Origin: Candidatus Woesearchaeota archaeon | Lineage (GTDB): Archaea; Nanobdellota; Nanobdellia; Woesearchaeales; JABGUJ01 | Reading direction: 5' to 3' | Assembly (NCBI GenBank): GCA_018646625.1 | Contig: JABGUJ010000002.1 | Span: forward strand, 62,001 to 100,842 | DNA length: 38,842 nucleotides | Part shown: one piece after another, positions 1 through 8,676 of the stretch | Position numbering within the stretch: position 1 is the first letter of the stretch | Layout of the letters: each line of letters starts with the position of its first letter | The notes under the pieces: generated by a model | Databases searched by the model: none | What the model was told of the DNA's origin: nothing | What the model saw: the letters and a program-made list of their open reading frames with translations, nothing else | Translations under genes and position numbers: made by a program

Positions 1-110
1 GGTAGACCCGCTCCAATCATTGCAAAAACTGCTGCTGAGATACAATCGTGTTTCATACGAAGAAAGTCCATTAATGTGTTGTCTAAATCGAATAATATTG
101 CTTTTACCAT
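1..110 (-). CDS. HAD-superfamily hydrolase, N-terminal part (runs off the window)
   Basis: Hand translation of the minus strand from ATG at 110 gives MVKAILFDLDNTLMDFLRMKHDCISAAVFAMIGAGL, with the HAD motif I DxDxT. Not in the ORF track. Confidence 0.85.
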   Translation of the reverse strand, partial: MVKAILFDLDNTLMDFLRMKHDCISAAVFAMIGAGL

Positions 111-157
111 ATGAATTTGAGGGTTTAAGCGATATTTAAGTGTTTTGATGGTTTTGA

Positions 158-170
158 GAAAATTTATAAA
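158..170 (+). promoter_or_regulatory. Archaeal BRE/TATA-like promoter (example of a recurring motif)
   Basis: GAAAATTTATAAA. Similar motifs occur at 3511 (GAAACATTTATA), 7034 (CAAACATTTATAAA), 19848 (GAAACATTTATAAA), 28415 (GAAAGATTTATAT) and 30492 (GAAAGATATATAAA). Several lie about 21-23 nt before an ATG, consistent with leaderless mRNAs. Confidence 0.6.
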
Positions 171-206
171 TAATTGCTTAAATTCTTGATGTTAGGTGGA
201 ACTAAG

Positions 207-668
207 ATGGTTGATTACGATACATTAAATTCATATGTTGATAGAACTAGTGAAGCGATTGAGCTTGCTAGAATTAGACTCGATCAGAGTCCTGCAGTGT
301 ATAGAGTCGCATTAGGCGCAATTGAGCAACTCAAAAGTATGATTGTAAAGGCGCATCATGATACTTTAGATGTAGTTCCTGATATGGATCTGGCAGACCT
401 TTTTACAGGGGATGTGTCTGACTATGCGCAGGCTTATGCTGTAGCTGAAGGGTATATTCTTAAAAGAATGGGTATGGTGGAATCTGTTGGTCCCGGTATT
501 GGTGGCGTGCATCAAGTTCTTGCAGATGTAACTAGATTTAGATCGGATGGTAGACCGAATACAGTAGCATGTCAAGCTTTGGGAATTAGACTTGCAGAGT
601 CTCCGGATGTCGCACTAGTTGATAGGGTTTTGAAAGAAACTTTTGAGATGGCTGTGCGAAAAGCGTAA
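207..668 (+). CDS. Hypothetical protein
   Basis: ORF 174..668. The likelier start is ATG 207, after AGGTGG. No motif recognised. Confidence 0.6.
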   Translation: MVDYDTLNSYVDRTSEAIELARIRLDQSPAVYRVALGAIEQLKSMIVKAHHDTLDVVPDMDLADLFTGDVSDYAQAYAVAEGYILKRMGMVESVGPGIGGVHQVLADVTRFRSDGRPNTVACQALGIRLAESPDVALVDRVLKETFEMAVRKA

Positions 669-704
669 GGAACTTTTTTATATTAATTCTTTATTTCTAT
701 TTAT

Positions 705-2441
705 ATGATAAAAGAGGTGTTGGAGCTTATTTCTCCTTTGAAAAAAGCACTAAAGTATGTTTTCCTTGGTGCGTTGATATTAGAATTGCTTAAGCTAATT
801 CCTAATGTAATATTCAAAGAGTTAATAGATTCATTAATAGTATTTGATAAATCTGGAATAAACTACGTTATATTTCTAGTTGTGCTTTCATTTGCTGTTT
901 CAATAGTGGTTTCATTAACTGAAAAATTCTTTTATAATTTTAGTATTAAGACTATCGTAAAATCAGAAGTATCATTGATGAAAAAAGCTCAACAGAAACT
1001 AATGAATTTATCATTAGGTTATCATGAGAAACATCACACTGGAAAACAAGTTACAAGACTGACAAAAGGAATACATCACTTAAACGTTTTGATGTGGCAC
1101 TCAATATTTGACTTCATACCTGTGTGTCTACAAATAATCTACAGTACAACGTTCATTTTTTTTGTAAGTTGGAAAGTGGGAATATTATTTGTGATATTCA
1201 TACCTATATTCTTAGTCTACACTCACAAGATGGCGTTAAAAATACAACCCATTAGACACATTTATCATGAATGTTTTGAGAAAGCTTCTGGAAAACTTGG
1301 AGAGATGGTAATTAACATAAGAACAGTTAAAGATTTTAATCAAGAAGACGCTGAAAAAAAACTTTTTGATAACCAACTAGACTTATATCACCAATATGTA
1401 CAACAAAGAAGAGAATTTGAGAACTTTCATTTCACAATAAGAGATGTCATACTTCAAGTAGGAAGAATAATCACGCTTAGTGTCTCAATATATTTAGTAT
1501 ACATTGGAGAAATAACTGCGGGAAGTTTAGTTTTGATTGTTACTCTTAACGAGAAAGCATTTGCTTCTGTATATCGTGTTGGTAGAACTTATAATTATGT
1601 AGGAGATTCAATCTCAGGTGTTCAAAGACTAATTGATTTGATGAAAGAAAAAGCTTTGGTTATAGATAAGAAAAGTGCTAAATTATGCAAGAAACTTAAA
1701 GGAAGTATCGAGTTCAAGGATGTAGATTTTAGTTACACAAAAGGAGAACAAGTTCTAAAAGATATAAATTTCAAAGTAAAGCCTAAACAAGTGATAGCTT
1801 TAGTTGGAAGATCTGGCTGTGGGAAAAGCACAATAATAAAACTATTATACAGACATTTTGATATTGATTCTGGAACCATTCTATTAGATGGAAAAGATAT
1901 TACATCTTTCAAGATGGAATCTTTTAGAAAACATTTTGCTATTGTCTCTCAAGACGTAGAATTGTTTAATGCATCAATCTTAGAAAATTTGACATATGGT
2001 GTTGATAACTTTAGCACTAAAGAAGTAATTAAAGCTGCTAAGATGGCGCATGCGCATGAATTTATTGAACAATTCAAAGCAGGCTATGCAACAATCGTTG
2101 GTGAGAAAGGTGTTAAGTTGTCTGGAGGACAGAAACAAAGATTAGGTATTGCTCGTGCTTTGCTGAGAAAACCATCAATACTAGTATTTGATGAAGCCAC
2201 TTCTTCTTTAGATACTGAATCTGAGAAATATATTCAAGAAGCTATGGGTAAATTGTTTAAGAAACAAACTATGATTGTTATTGCACATAGATTATCCACT
2301 ATAGAACACGCTGACAAGATTCTAGTTATGGAAAATGGTGAAATTGTAGAACAAGGAACTCATAGGCAATTAATGTCCAAGAAAGGTGGTGTGTTCAGAA
2401 AAATGCGTAAGCTGCAGAAACTTGGCGAAGTTAGACGTTAA
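705..2441 (+). CDS. ABC exporter, fused permease/ATPase (MsbA/MdlB-like)
   Basis: N-terminal TM helices, Walker A GRSGCGKS, signature LSGGQ, Walker B ILVFDEATS, switch AHRL. Confidence 0.95.
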   Translation: MIKEVLELISPLKKALKYVFLGALILELLKLIPNVIFKELIDSLIVFDKSGINYVIFLVVLSFAVSIVVSLTEKFFYNFSIKTIVKSEVSLMKKAQQKLMNLSLGYHEKHHTGKQVTRLTKGIHHLNVLMWHSIFDFIPVCLQIIYSTTFIFFVSWKVGILFVIFIPIFLVYTHKMALKIQPIRHIYHECFEKASGKLGEMVINIRTVKDFNQEDAEKKLFDNQLDLYHQYVQQRREFENFHFTIRDVILQVGRIITLSVSIYLVYIGEITAGSLVLIVTLNEKAFASVYRVGRTYNYVGDSISGVQRLIDLMKEKALVIDKKSAKLCKKLKGSIEFKDVDFSYTKGEQVLKDINFKVKPKQVIALVGRSGCGKSTIIKLLYRHFDIDSGTILLDGKDITSFKMESFRKHFAIVSQDVELFNASILENLTYGVDNFSTKEVIKAAKMAHAHEFIEQFKAGYATIVGEKGVKLSGGQKQRLGIARALLRKPSILVFDEATSSLDTESEKYIQEAMGKLFKKQTMIVIAHRLSTIEHADKILVMENGEIVEQGTHRQLMSKKGGVFRKMRKLQKLGEVRR

Positions 2442-3442
2442 TGAACTCTGCGTTCTAATGATGTTCTATAATGTTTATGCATTTGATTTGCTATTAATTC
2501 TAATGTCTTATCAGGTGAAGTGAACCATCTATGGCCTGTAGCAATCTCAAGACCCCACGAGAATTTTCTTCCAGTGTGTTCTTTTTCTCTAAGTAGTTTT
2601 GTAATTCTACGTTGTCCATAAAATTTGCAAATTTTATCTAATTCGGTTAATACCGTGAACGGCTGACGAACTGTTATTTGACTTTTTGCGATCTCAACAC
2701 TAGAATCCCAAGCATTTGCATACTTTGCACTTCTAGGATGAACAAGAGATGAAGCTCCCCATGCCTTAATTCTCTCTTCGATTCTATCACCATCATGGTA
2801 TTTTTGATTTGTAAAAGGATATATTGGTAATGCGAACATTTGTTTAGGTGAGTAGGCTGCTGCTTGAAATAAATTGAACCAAGGAACTAAACCTAAAGCT
2901 TTCATTTTATCTCTAGCAGGTAGATGTGATTCATCTTCTAATTCTCCGGATTCTGTAGTTCTCCAAGTATCGCGAATGTCTCTGTGACTCAATGTGTCTT
3001 CAAGATTGTCATATGGTGATGTTATTGCACCATCTAGAATCATAGCGAATTCACCTAATCTTGCTAATGGCTCGATTGCTAGTTTTATTCCTAAAATTGA
3101 GCTTAAACTATGAGTTATAGGATACCAATATCTTCCATCTGCCAACTCCATTGTAGCAAATAGTTGTTGCATTTCTGTTCTAGGTGAAAACAATCCATTT
3201 CTATTTGGTTTACCAGACACTCCTGGTTGATATACAACAAATACTTCTTGGCCTGTAGTCTCATGTAGAATATATGGAAATAATCCAAAGTATGTTGATC
3301 TCTTTAGATCTCCAACATCTTCGTGAGGCATTACATTAGCTCCTGCTAGCAGTATGTATGGATGATCTGTTCTCTTGTCACCATAACGCTCAAAAACTAC
3401 GTTATTAGTTGTTTTACCCTGTTTTGGACTGTATTTGACCAT
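2438..3442 (-). CDS. Divergent alpha/beta-hydrolase-like protein
   Basis: ITHSLSS resembles the nucleophile elbow. A later ELDKI (Asp) and ATGHRW (His) fall in the expected triad order. Confidence 0.45.
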   Translation of the reverse strand: MVKYSPKQGKTTNNVVFERYGDKRTDHPYILLAGANVMPHEDVGDLKRSTYFGLFPYILHETTGQEVFVVYQPGVSGKPNRNGLFSPRTEMQQLFATMELADGRYWYPITHSLSSILGIKLAIEPLARLGEFAMILDGAITSPYDNLEDTLSHRDIRDTWRTTESGELEDESHLPARDKMKALGLVPWFNLFQAAAYSPKQMFALPIYPFTNQKYHDGDRIEERIKAWGASSLVHPRSAKYANAWDSSVEIAKSQITVRQPFTVLTELDKICKFYGQRRITKLLREKEHTGRKFSWGLEIATGHRWFTSPDKTLELIANQMHKHYRTSLERRVH

Positions 3443-3597
3443 AGTTAAGGGGTTTTAGAAGTTATTTATAAATGTTCTTGATTTGTCGTATCTATGAGGT
3501 GGTGAATTCCGAAACATTTATAGATTCTGCATCTTGTGAGCTAGGGGCTGTGTCGCCAAAATCTGGGCGTTTTGGGTTTGCCATGGAGGTGGCATGC

Positions 3598-4878
3598 GTG
3601 AAACATAAGAATGTGCAGAAAAACTTTCTAGGGAAGCTAAAATCCCTTAAAAAAGAGCTTTTAGAAGCTTTTAGTGAAGATGATGTGCGTAATCTTGCAG
3701 AGTTAATGAGTAAATTAGCTCATTATCACTACAATAAGAAAAAATATTTTATGATTGGTAAGGAAAAAGAGATTTATAATTTTCTGATAAAAAATAGTTA
3801 TAATCCTTACACAGTTTATAGATGGATTCTTCTTGAGAAAGTACCTGAGGATATAAGGTTTCAGATTAAACAAAAGCAAATTACTCAAAAAAGAGCAATA
3901 GCTTTAGCTGAAACAACCATTGAAGCAACTTCCGTAGCCGAGGATGAGTTGGTAATTATTACTGGAACTTGTAGCCAGCCAAACTTAGCTGTTGGAATCT
4001 TTGTAACCTATAACTACGAAAAAGTTTACATTACTCAAGAAACGTCTTCTGCTAGTAACGTTTTCTCTGCTCAGTTCTTACCAACTAAAGCTGGCGCGTA
4101 CATTGCCCATGCAGCTTGTCAGGGTGACGTTGCAGTTGATGGTGATTTTACTGTAGGAAGTACTATTCCTACTGGAGATCCAGACCCTGGTACAACTTCT
4201 CCCTCTAGCCCAGGTAGTAGTGGCGGCGGCCGTCGTTGTACTCCGGAATGGAGTTGTTCAGCTTGGACTTTGTGTAACTCTACTTTGGAACAATCTAGAA
4301 GTTGTTATGATGCTGAGAATTGTCAAGCAAATAAAGTTGAAGTGAAGGATTGTGACCAATGTCAAGAATCTTGGATTTGTTCTTTATGGGGCAGTTGTTC
4401 AAATAGTATTCAAAAAAGAACTTGTACTGATCAACATTCATGTGGGACAACTTTCGTAAAACCTTTACAACAAAAGAATTGTAATCAAGCTGTCGTAGGC
4501 GGTAGTCAACCAGTTTCTATATCTAATGACATTCCTCCTCCTGGAACTCCTCCAGCTCAACCCGGATTCTCTTTTAGTGATATGTGGGAAAAATATAGTA
4601 CTTACATTTTAATCGCTGGAATCTCTTTAATCCTAATAATAATTGTAGTACTTTTAATATTACATTTTATTAAACCACAAAGATTGGCTTATAATCATGA
4701 TGAATTAATTGGTTGGATTAATAAAGAGAGAGAAATGGGTACTTCCGACGAGGAAATCAAAAACATTCTTGCTAACAAGACTGGTTGGAATGAAGTAGAA
4801 ATTAATGAGGCATTTAGTACTCTTTCAAAGCCAAAGTTGCCTTCATTTTCACCTCAGGGTAACGTTACTTCTGCCTAG
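3598..4878 (+). CDS. Apparent chimeric ORF: about 105 aa basic cytoplasmic protein fused in frame to a Cys-repeat, membrane-anchored surface protein
   Basis: RBS GGAGGTG (3585-3591) precedes GTG 3598. Composition changes abruptly at RAIALA|ETTIE (about 3910). It is followed by a beta-rich domain, a Ser/Gly linker, two WxCxxWxxC repeats, a TM helix (YILIAGISLILIIIVVLLILHF) and a cytoplasmic tail. Confidence 0.6.
   Translation: MKHKNVQKNFLGKLKSLKKELLEAFSEDDVRNLAELMSKLAHYHYNKKKYFMIGKEKEIYNFLIKNSYNPYTVYRWILLEKVPEDIRFQIKQKQITQKRAIALAETTIEATSVAEDELVIITGTCSQPNLAVGIFVTYNYEKVYITQETSSASNVFSAQFLPTKAGAYIAHAACQGDVAVDGDFTVGSTIPTGDPDPGTTSPSSPGSSGGGRRCTPEWSCSAWTLCNSTLEQSRSCYDAENCQANKVEVKDCDQCQESWICSLWGSCSNSIQKRTCTDQHSCGTTFVKPLQQKNCNQAVVGGSQPVSISNDIPPPGTPPAQPGFSFSDMWEKYSTYILIAGISLILIIIVVLLILHFIKPQRLAYNHDELIGWINKEREMGTSDEEIKNILANKTGWNEVEINEAFSTLSKPKLPSFSPQGNVTSA
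4237..4443 (+). repeat. Two Cys/Trp-rich protein repeats (TSP1-like CxxxWxCxxWxxC...RxC)
   Basis: CTPEWSCSAWTLCNSTLEQSRSCYDAENC and CQESWICSLWGSCSNSIQKRTCTDQHSC. Confidence 0.8.
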
Positions 4879-4929
4879 AAGTATACTGGAAGAACCTTTA
4901 TATACTTAGGACTTTTTCCCTCTTTTGGC

Positions 4930-6177
4930 ATGGTTACTTTAGATGATTTTTTAAGATTGATGGGAGATATTCGTCATGATCTTGGTGCTCCTTTGAAGCA
5001 TGTTAGAACATTTGCAGAATTCATTCTTGAAGATTACTCTCCTTCAGCAGACTTAGTTGATTTATTGAGAAGAAAACGCGATTCTGCTCAAGACGTTTCA
5101 TCTCTTTTAAGTGAGTTAAAATACTTGAAGGAACTTAACCAAGAGATATTAGATTATTTTCCAGATCATGTAAATGGTGAATTCACCTCTCGATTTTGTG
5201 ATGACATTTTACCTAAGTATCAACAACTGGGAGATATTTTTGGTTTGAAGACGCGAGGAGAGTCACCTGAATTATCCTTCCCTGCGGGGACAGAATACTT
5301 TTCTCAATTTAATGACCTTTTAAGGGAACATTTAAGCGATATTGAAGATGTTTTGGGAGAAATTGTTAATAATGCTAGCACTGCAATTGAAACTGTAACA
5401 GATGATTCTAATGGTATTAAGAGTTTATGGCAAAGTAAATTAGATGCTGCCAAGTCTTTTTTAGGAATTACTCAAAGATTATCAAAGTTACAGCAGTTGC
5501 ATGACATCATTGTTGAGCCTTTGCCTGAGCATGATTCTTTTGGTGATGACGGTTTGATTCAAGGAATTCAGATGGCACAAAGAATATATGCCCAATTAGC
5601 TTTTTCAACTTTTAATTTGGGAGAAGGCACAGAGTTTTTTGATACTTATCATCATTTTAGGCTTTGGGAATCTACACTTGGTAATGCAGGAATCAAATTT
5701 GATTCAGGTGCTTACCCTCAAAAAGATTTGAGAACCACTGTTTACTATGATCGTACTATCTCTAATCTTTTGGGAAATGTTGTAACACACGCTGCTACTG
5801 ATTGTGATACTGTTTACATTCGCACTTTTGAAGAATGTGTTGATAATCAGGAATATTTAGTCTTGGCAATAGAAAATAATGGTAGTAGAACGCTTGATCC
5901 TCAAGAAGTTTATGAAAAAGCATTAAACTTTAATCTTGTTGATCCGGAAAAAGAATTAACTGATGAAGAGAAATTACAGCTTATTTTTGAGAGGGGCTAT
6001 TCTACTACTCATGGTGAAGCTGTTGACTATGGTGAGGGTTCTGGTAAGGGATTAAACATTGCTCGACGGTTAGCAATTCAACATGGTGGGAAATTAGTTG
6101 TTAAATCTCCAATTGATAAAGATAAATCGGTTGGGTTTTACCTTTATATACCAAAAGACAAAATAATTTCAGAATAA
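4930..6177 (+). CDS. Cytoplasmic histidine kinase (HisKA-type H-box + HATPase_c with CheA-like lid)
   Basis: H-box RHDLGAPLKHV, N-box NLLGNVVTHA, G1-like ENNGS, F/G2 LQLIFERGYSTT...GSGKGL, and HGGKL. No TM segment. Confidence 0.85.
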   Translation: MVTLDDFLRLMGDIRHDLGAPLKHVRTFAEFILEDYSPSADLVDLLRRKRDSAQDVSSLLSELKYLKELNQEILDYFPDHVNGEFTSRFCDDILPKYQQLGDIFGLKTRGESPELSFPAGTEYFSQFNDLLREHLSDIEDVLGEIVNNASTAIETVTDDSNGIKSLWQSKLDAAKSFLGITQRLSKLQQLHDIIVEPLPEHDSFGDDGLIQGIQMAQRIYAQLAFSTFNLGEGTEFFDTYHHFRLWESTLGNAGIKFDSGAYPQKDLRTTVYYDRTISNLLGNVVTHAATDCDTVYIRTFEECVDNQEYLVLAIENNGSRTLDPQEVYEKALNFNLVDPEKELTDEEKLQLIFERGYSTTHGEAVDYGEGSGKGLNIARRLAIQHGGKLVVKSPIDKDKSVGFYLYIPKDKIISE

Positions 6178-6179
6178 CT

Positions 6180-6365
6180 TTACTTCAAAACAATCTCGTT
6201 AGCAATCACTTCTTTTTGATTGTTATATTCTTCAATAGTTCCTTTAATCTCTACATAATTACCTTCTTGTAAATAAAGATCTTCATCAGGAAACAAAATG
6301 ACATCAGACTTAATAACTTGTTTACCTTCTAATTCAATAAATACAACATTATCCAAATTGGATAT
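6180..6365 (-). pseudogene. 5'-truncated OB-fold nucleic-acid-binding protein remnant
   Basis: Minus frame reads ISNLDNVVFIELEGKQVIKSDVILFPDEDLYLQEGNYVEIKGTIEEYNNQKEVIANEIVLK* (stop at 6180-6182), an OB-fold pattern (G..V.I.G.I.EY....E). An in-frame stop lies just upstream and there is no ATG. Confidence 0.7.
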
Positions 6366-6797
6366 GGGGCAGGATTAAGAGTGAGTGAAGTTATTAATCT
6401 AAAATGGAATGATATTGATTTTAAAAGAAATATAATTCACATCAAACAAGCTAAAGGAAAAAAAGACAGAATTGTAATGTTATCTCCGAAATTAAAGAAA
6501 GGACTGCAAAGTTTAAGTGAGAATAAAGAGGGTTTAGTTTTCAAAACAACCAGAAAAGGCAAATACACAACAAGAACAATTCAGATGATTATTCAAAATG
6601 CAGCTAAAAAAGCTGGAATAAAAAAGAAAGTCTCACCACACACCTTGAGACATTCATTTGCAACACATTTACTTGAAAAAGGAACTGATATACGGTATAT
6701 TAGAGATCTGTTAGGACACTCAAATATTAGCACCACGTTAATTTACACTAAAGTTTCAAATAAAGATTTGTCTAAGATTAAAAGCCCGTTGGATTAG
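6360..6797 (+). pseudogene. 5'-truncated tyrosine recombinase (XerD/integron-integrase-like), catalytic domain only
   Basis: GYGAGLRVSE (catalytic R, upstream of the GTG in the ORF track), KG.KDR, HTLRH, LLGH, Y and C-terminal KSPLD. An in-frame stop at 6330-6332 removes the core-binding domain. Confidence 0.85.
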
Positions 6798-6883
6798 AAA
6801 ATCTGCTTATGGAGGCTAAAATCTAACGCACAAATCCACAAAACAATGGTTAGCTTTTTATATATTGATGCTATTCTTGTATT

Positions 6884-7023
6884 GTAATTGACGTAATGGG
6901 TCAATTACTAAAAGTGGTCTGAAGCTTGGATTTATCCGCGCGCAAAGAAATGTACTGCACTTTGTGCATCAGGCACCTGAAAGCCTCAAATTCTGAGCGT
7001 ACGTGTCTTTACTGGAAAGGCAT
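6884..7023 (+). ncRNA. Candidate structured non-coding RNA or ssDNA element (unclassified)
   Basis: Perfect 9-bp hairpin 6884-6892/6900-6908; hairpin 6924-6941; 12-position stem 6944-6955/6999-7010 enclosing three short hairpins; alternative hairpin 7003-7010/7016-7023. A TATA-like TTTTTATATA lies at 6855-6864. About 43% GC by hand count. Confidence 0.45.
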
Positions 7024-7068
7024 AACAAATACGCAAACATTTATAAACTGCTGCTCTGTAATGATGGG

Positions 7069-8676
7069 ATGGCGTCTTTACACAATTTATTGGCTCATGA
7101 AGCGAATATGTTTGATTCTGATAAGATTAGCGCTAATGAATTAGCTGGTCTTGTAGCGGGAGTCAGACCCAACATGGTGCCAGCAGAACCTGTAACGAGT
7201 AGCCACCATAATACACATTGTGGCCCATTATCTGGATTCTTACTTGCAGACAACTATCAAGTAGAATATCACTTGAGTAGAAATGGTAGGTGCCCTATGA
7301 AAGTCAGAATCAGTGAAACTCAAAAACAGAATCGCAATGGCTCGGGTTCTCGTGATATGATTTCTGATATAACTTTACGTTTCAGTGATGGTGGGCTGGT
7401 TCGTGTTGAATATAGGATAGGTGGGGTAAATACTGGAGAAATGGCTTATCAATATGAGACGAGCGATGTAGACACATGCCCCCTCTCTCATGAAATTCTA
7501 AATTATGTTGGGCATTGTTATAGGCAGGTAATTGATCAGATGCCCGATGATGTGAGAAATCATTTTTCTTCAAAAGAAGGTTCTTCTTCCTCATTGGAAG
7601 ATGAACTTGTAGCTGCAGGTATTCCTGAGGAACACATCCCTGTACTAATGGAAGATGTGGCTAGACGTATTGGTGGACATAATTTTGAGCTAGTAACTGC
7701 CGAGACATTTTCAGATTGTGTTTTTAGAACCCGTACAGAGATTGGTGATGAACTGTACCCATTATTTGGAAAAGTGGGGTCGAGTGTTTTATTTCATCAT
7801 CAAGTTCTTGATAATGTTATTGCAAGACAATATGAATTGTTAAGAGTACCTAATCCTAAAGTTCATAAGTTGATTGACATTCCTGATACAGATAAATCAT
7901 TATTATTAACGCATGATACTGCAGATTCTAGGATAACGCCTTCGAAAACAGTACTGAAATACTTAAAAGTGCGAAGATCTGCTTTTGAAGAATTGTCTAA
8001 GCGAGTTGGCTGGAAAGCTATTAAGTCTGATCCCTATTTGGCGATTGATTGTTTTAATTTGGCTTTAAGGCATACTTACATGCGTGGTCATCGAAACGAT
8101 CCCAGGTTTGCATCGAGTCTAACTTTGATGGAGCCTGCAGATACATTAGAGTTCATTTTACATTTGGAGAAGAAAGGGGAGTTAGATGGCTTACCTGCTC
8201 AAACCCTTATCGCGGCGTATCGAGCAGTTCAAGATGAGGTTACATCCTATAATAGTTCTCCGACAGTTCTCGCAACTGGTGATTTGAAAGATGAGAATAT
8301 TTTCCCAGATCCATTTGGTGGGGGGCTTAGAGTTGTCGGTGATTCTACACCCAGACCCGCAACAGAAGTTTTTGATATGAGTCGGAGAAACTTAACTCCC
8401 AATCAATGTATAAGAGCGATGTCTTATATTTCTATTATGAGAAACTATTTAGAACAAAGAGCTGGAAGAGACTTTGAGTTTTCGGGTGCTGATATTCATG
8501 GACAACAATCACAGTTAGCTAAGCAAACGTTAGTTCAATCTATTTTTCTGGCAGATTATTACGCGCGTGTTGGAAGAATGGGTGATTGTCTTACGAATCT
8601 ATCAAATGCTACTCTATTCGTTGATAGAAATAATGCAGGAGATGGGTACATTAGTTACATAGATCAATCGAGTTAG
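7069..8676 (+). CDS. Protein with C-terminal APH/choline-kinase-like (PKL fold) domain and unknown N-terminal domain
   Basis: TGDLKDENIF resembles the catalytic loop HGDLxxxNI, followed by VVGD and EVFDMSR. Start moved to ATG 7069, which follows the TATA at 7034-7047. Confidence 0.5.
   Translation: MASLHNLLAHEANMFDSDKISANELAGLVAGVRPNMVPAEPVTSSHHNTHCGPLSGFLLADNYQVEYHLSRNGRCPMKVRISETQKQNRNGSGSRDMISDITLRFSDGGLVRVEYRIGGVNTGEMAYQYETSDVDTCPLSHEILNYVGHCYRQVIDQMPDDVRNHFSSKEGSSSSLEDELVAAGIPEEHIPVLMEDVARRIGGHNFELVTAETFSDCVFRTRTEIGDELYPLFGKVGSSVLFHHQVLDNVIARQYELLRVPNPKVHKLIDIPDTDKSLLLTHDTADSRITPSKTVLKYLKVRRSAFEELSKRVGWKAIKSDPYLAIDCFNLALRHTYMRGHRNDPRFASSLTLMEPADTLEFILHLEKKGELDGLPAQTLIAAYRAVQDEVTSYNSSPTVLATGDLKDENIFPDPFGGGLRVVGDSTPRPATEVFDMSRRNLTPNQCIRAMSYISIMRNYLEQRAGRDFEFSGADIHGQQSQLAKQTLVQSIFLADYYARVGRMGDCLTNLSNATLFVDRNNAGDGYISYIDQSS

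Noticed and set aside
6884..7023. tRNA, c-di-GMP-I riboswitch, hammerhead or SRP RNA identity for the structured element
   Set aside because: Loops are 3-5 nt with no TTCRA or anticodon loop. CGCAAAG and CTGA fragments occur, but the rest of each consensus is missing.
6926..7144. 72-aa ORF and the GTG 7003 extension of the next ORF
   Set aside because: Both overlap the structured element and a clear TATA motif, and neither has protein-like features. ATG 7069 is preferred.
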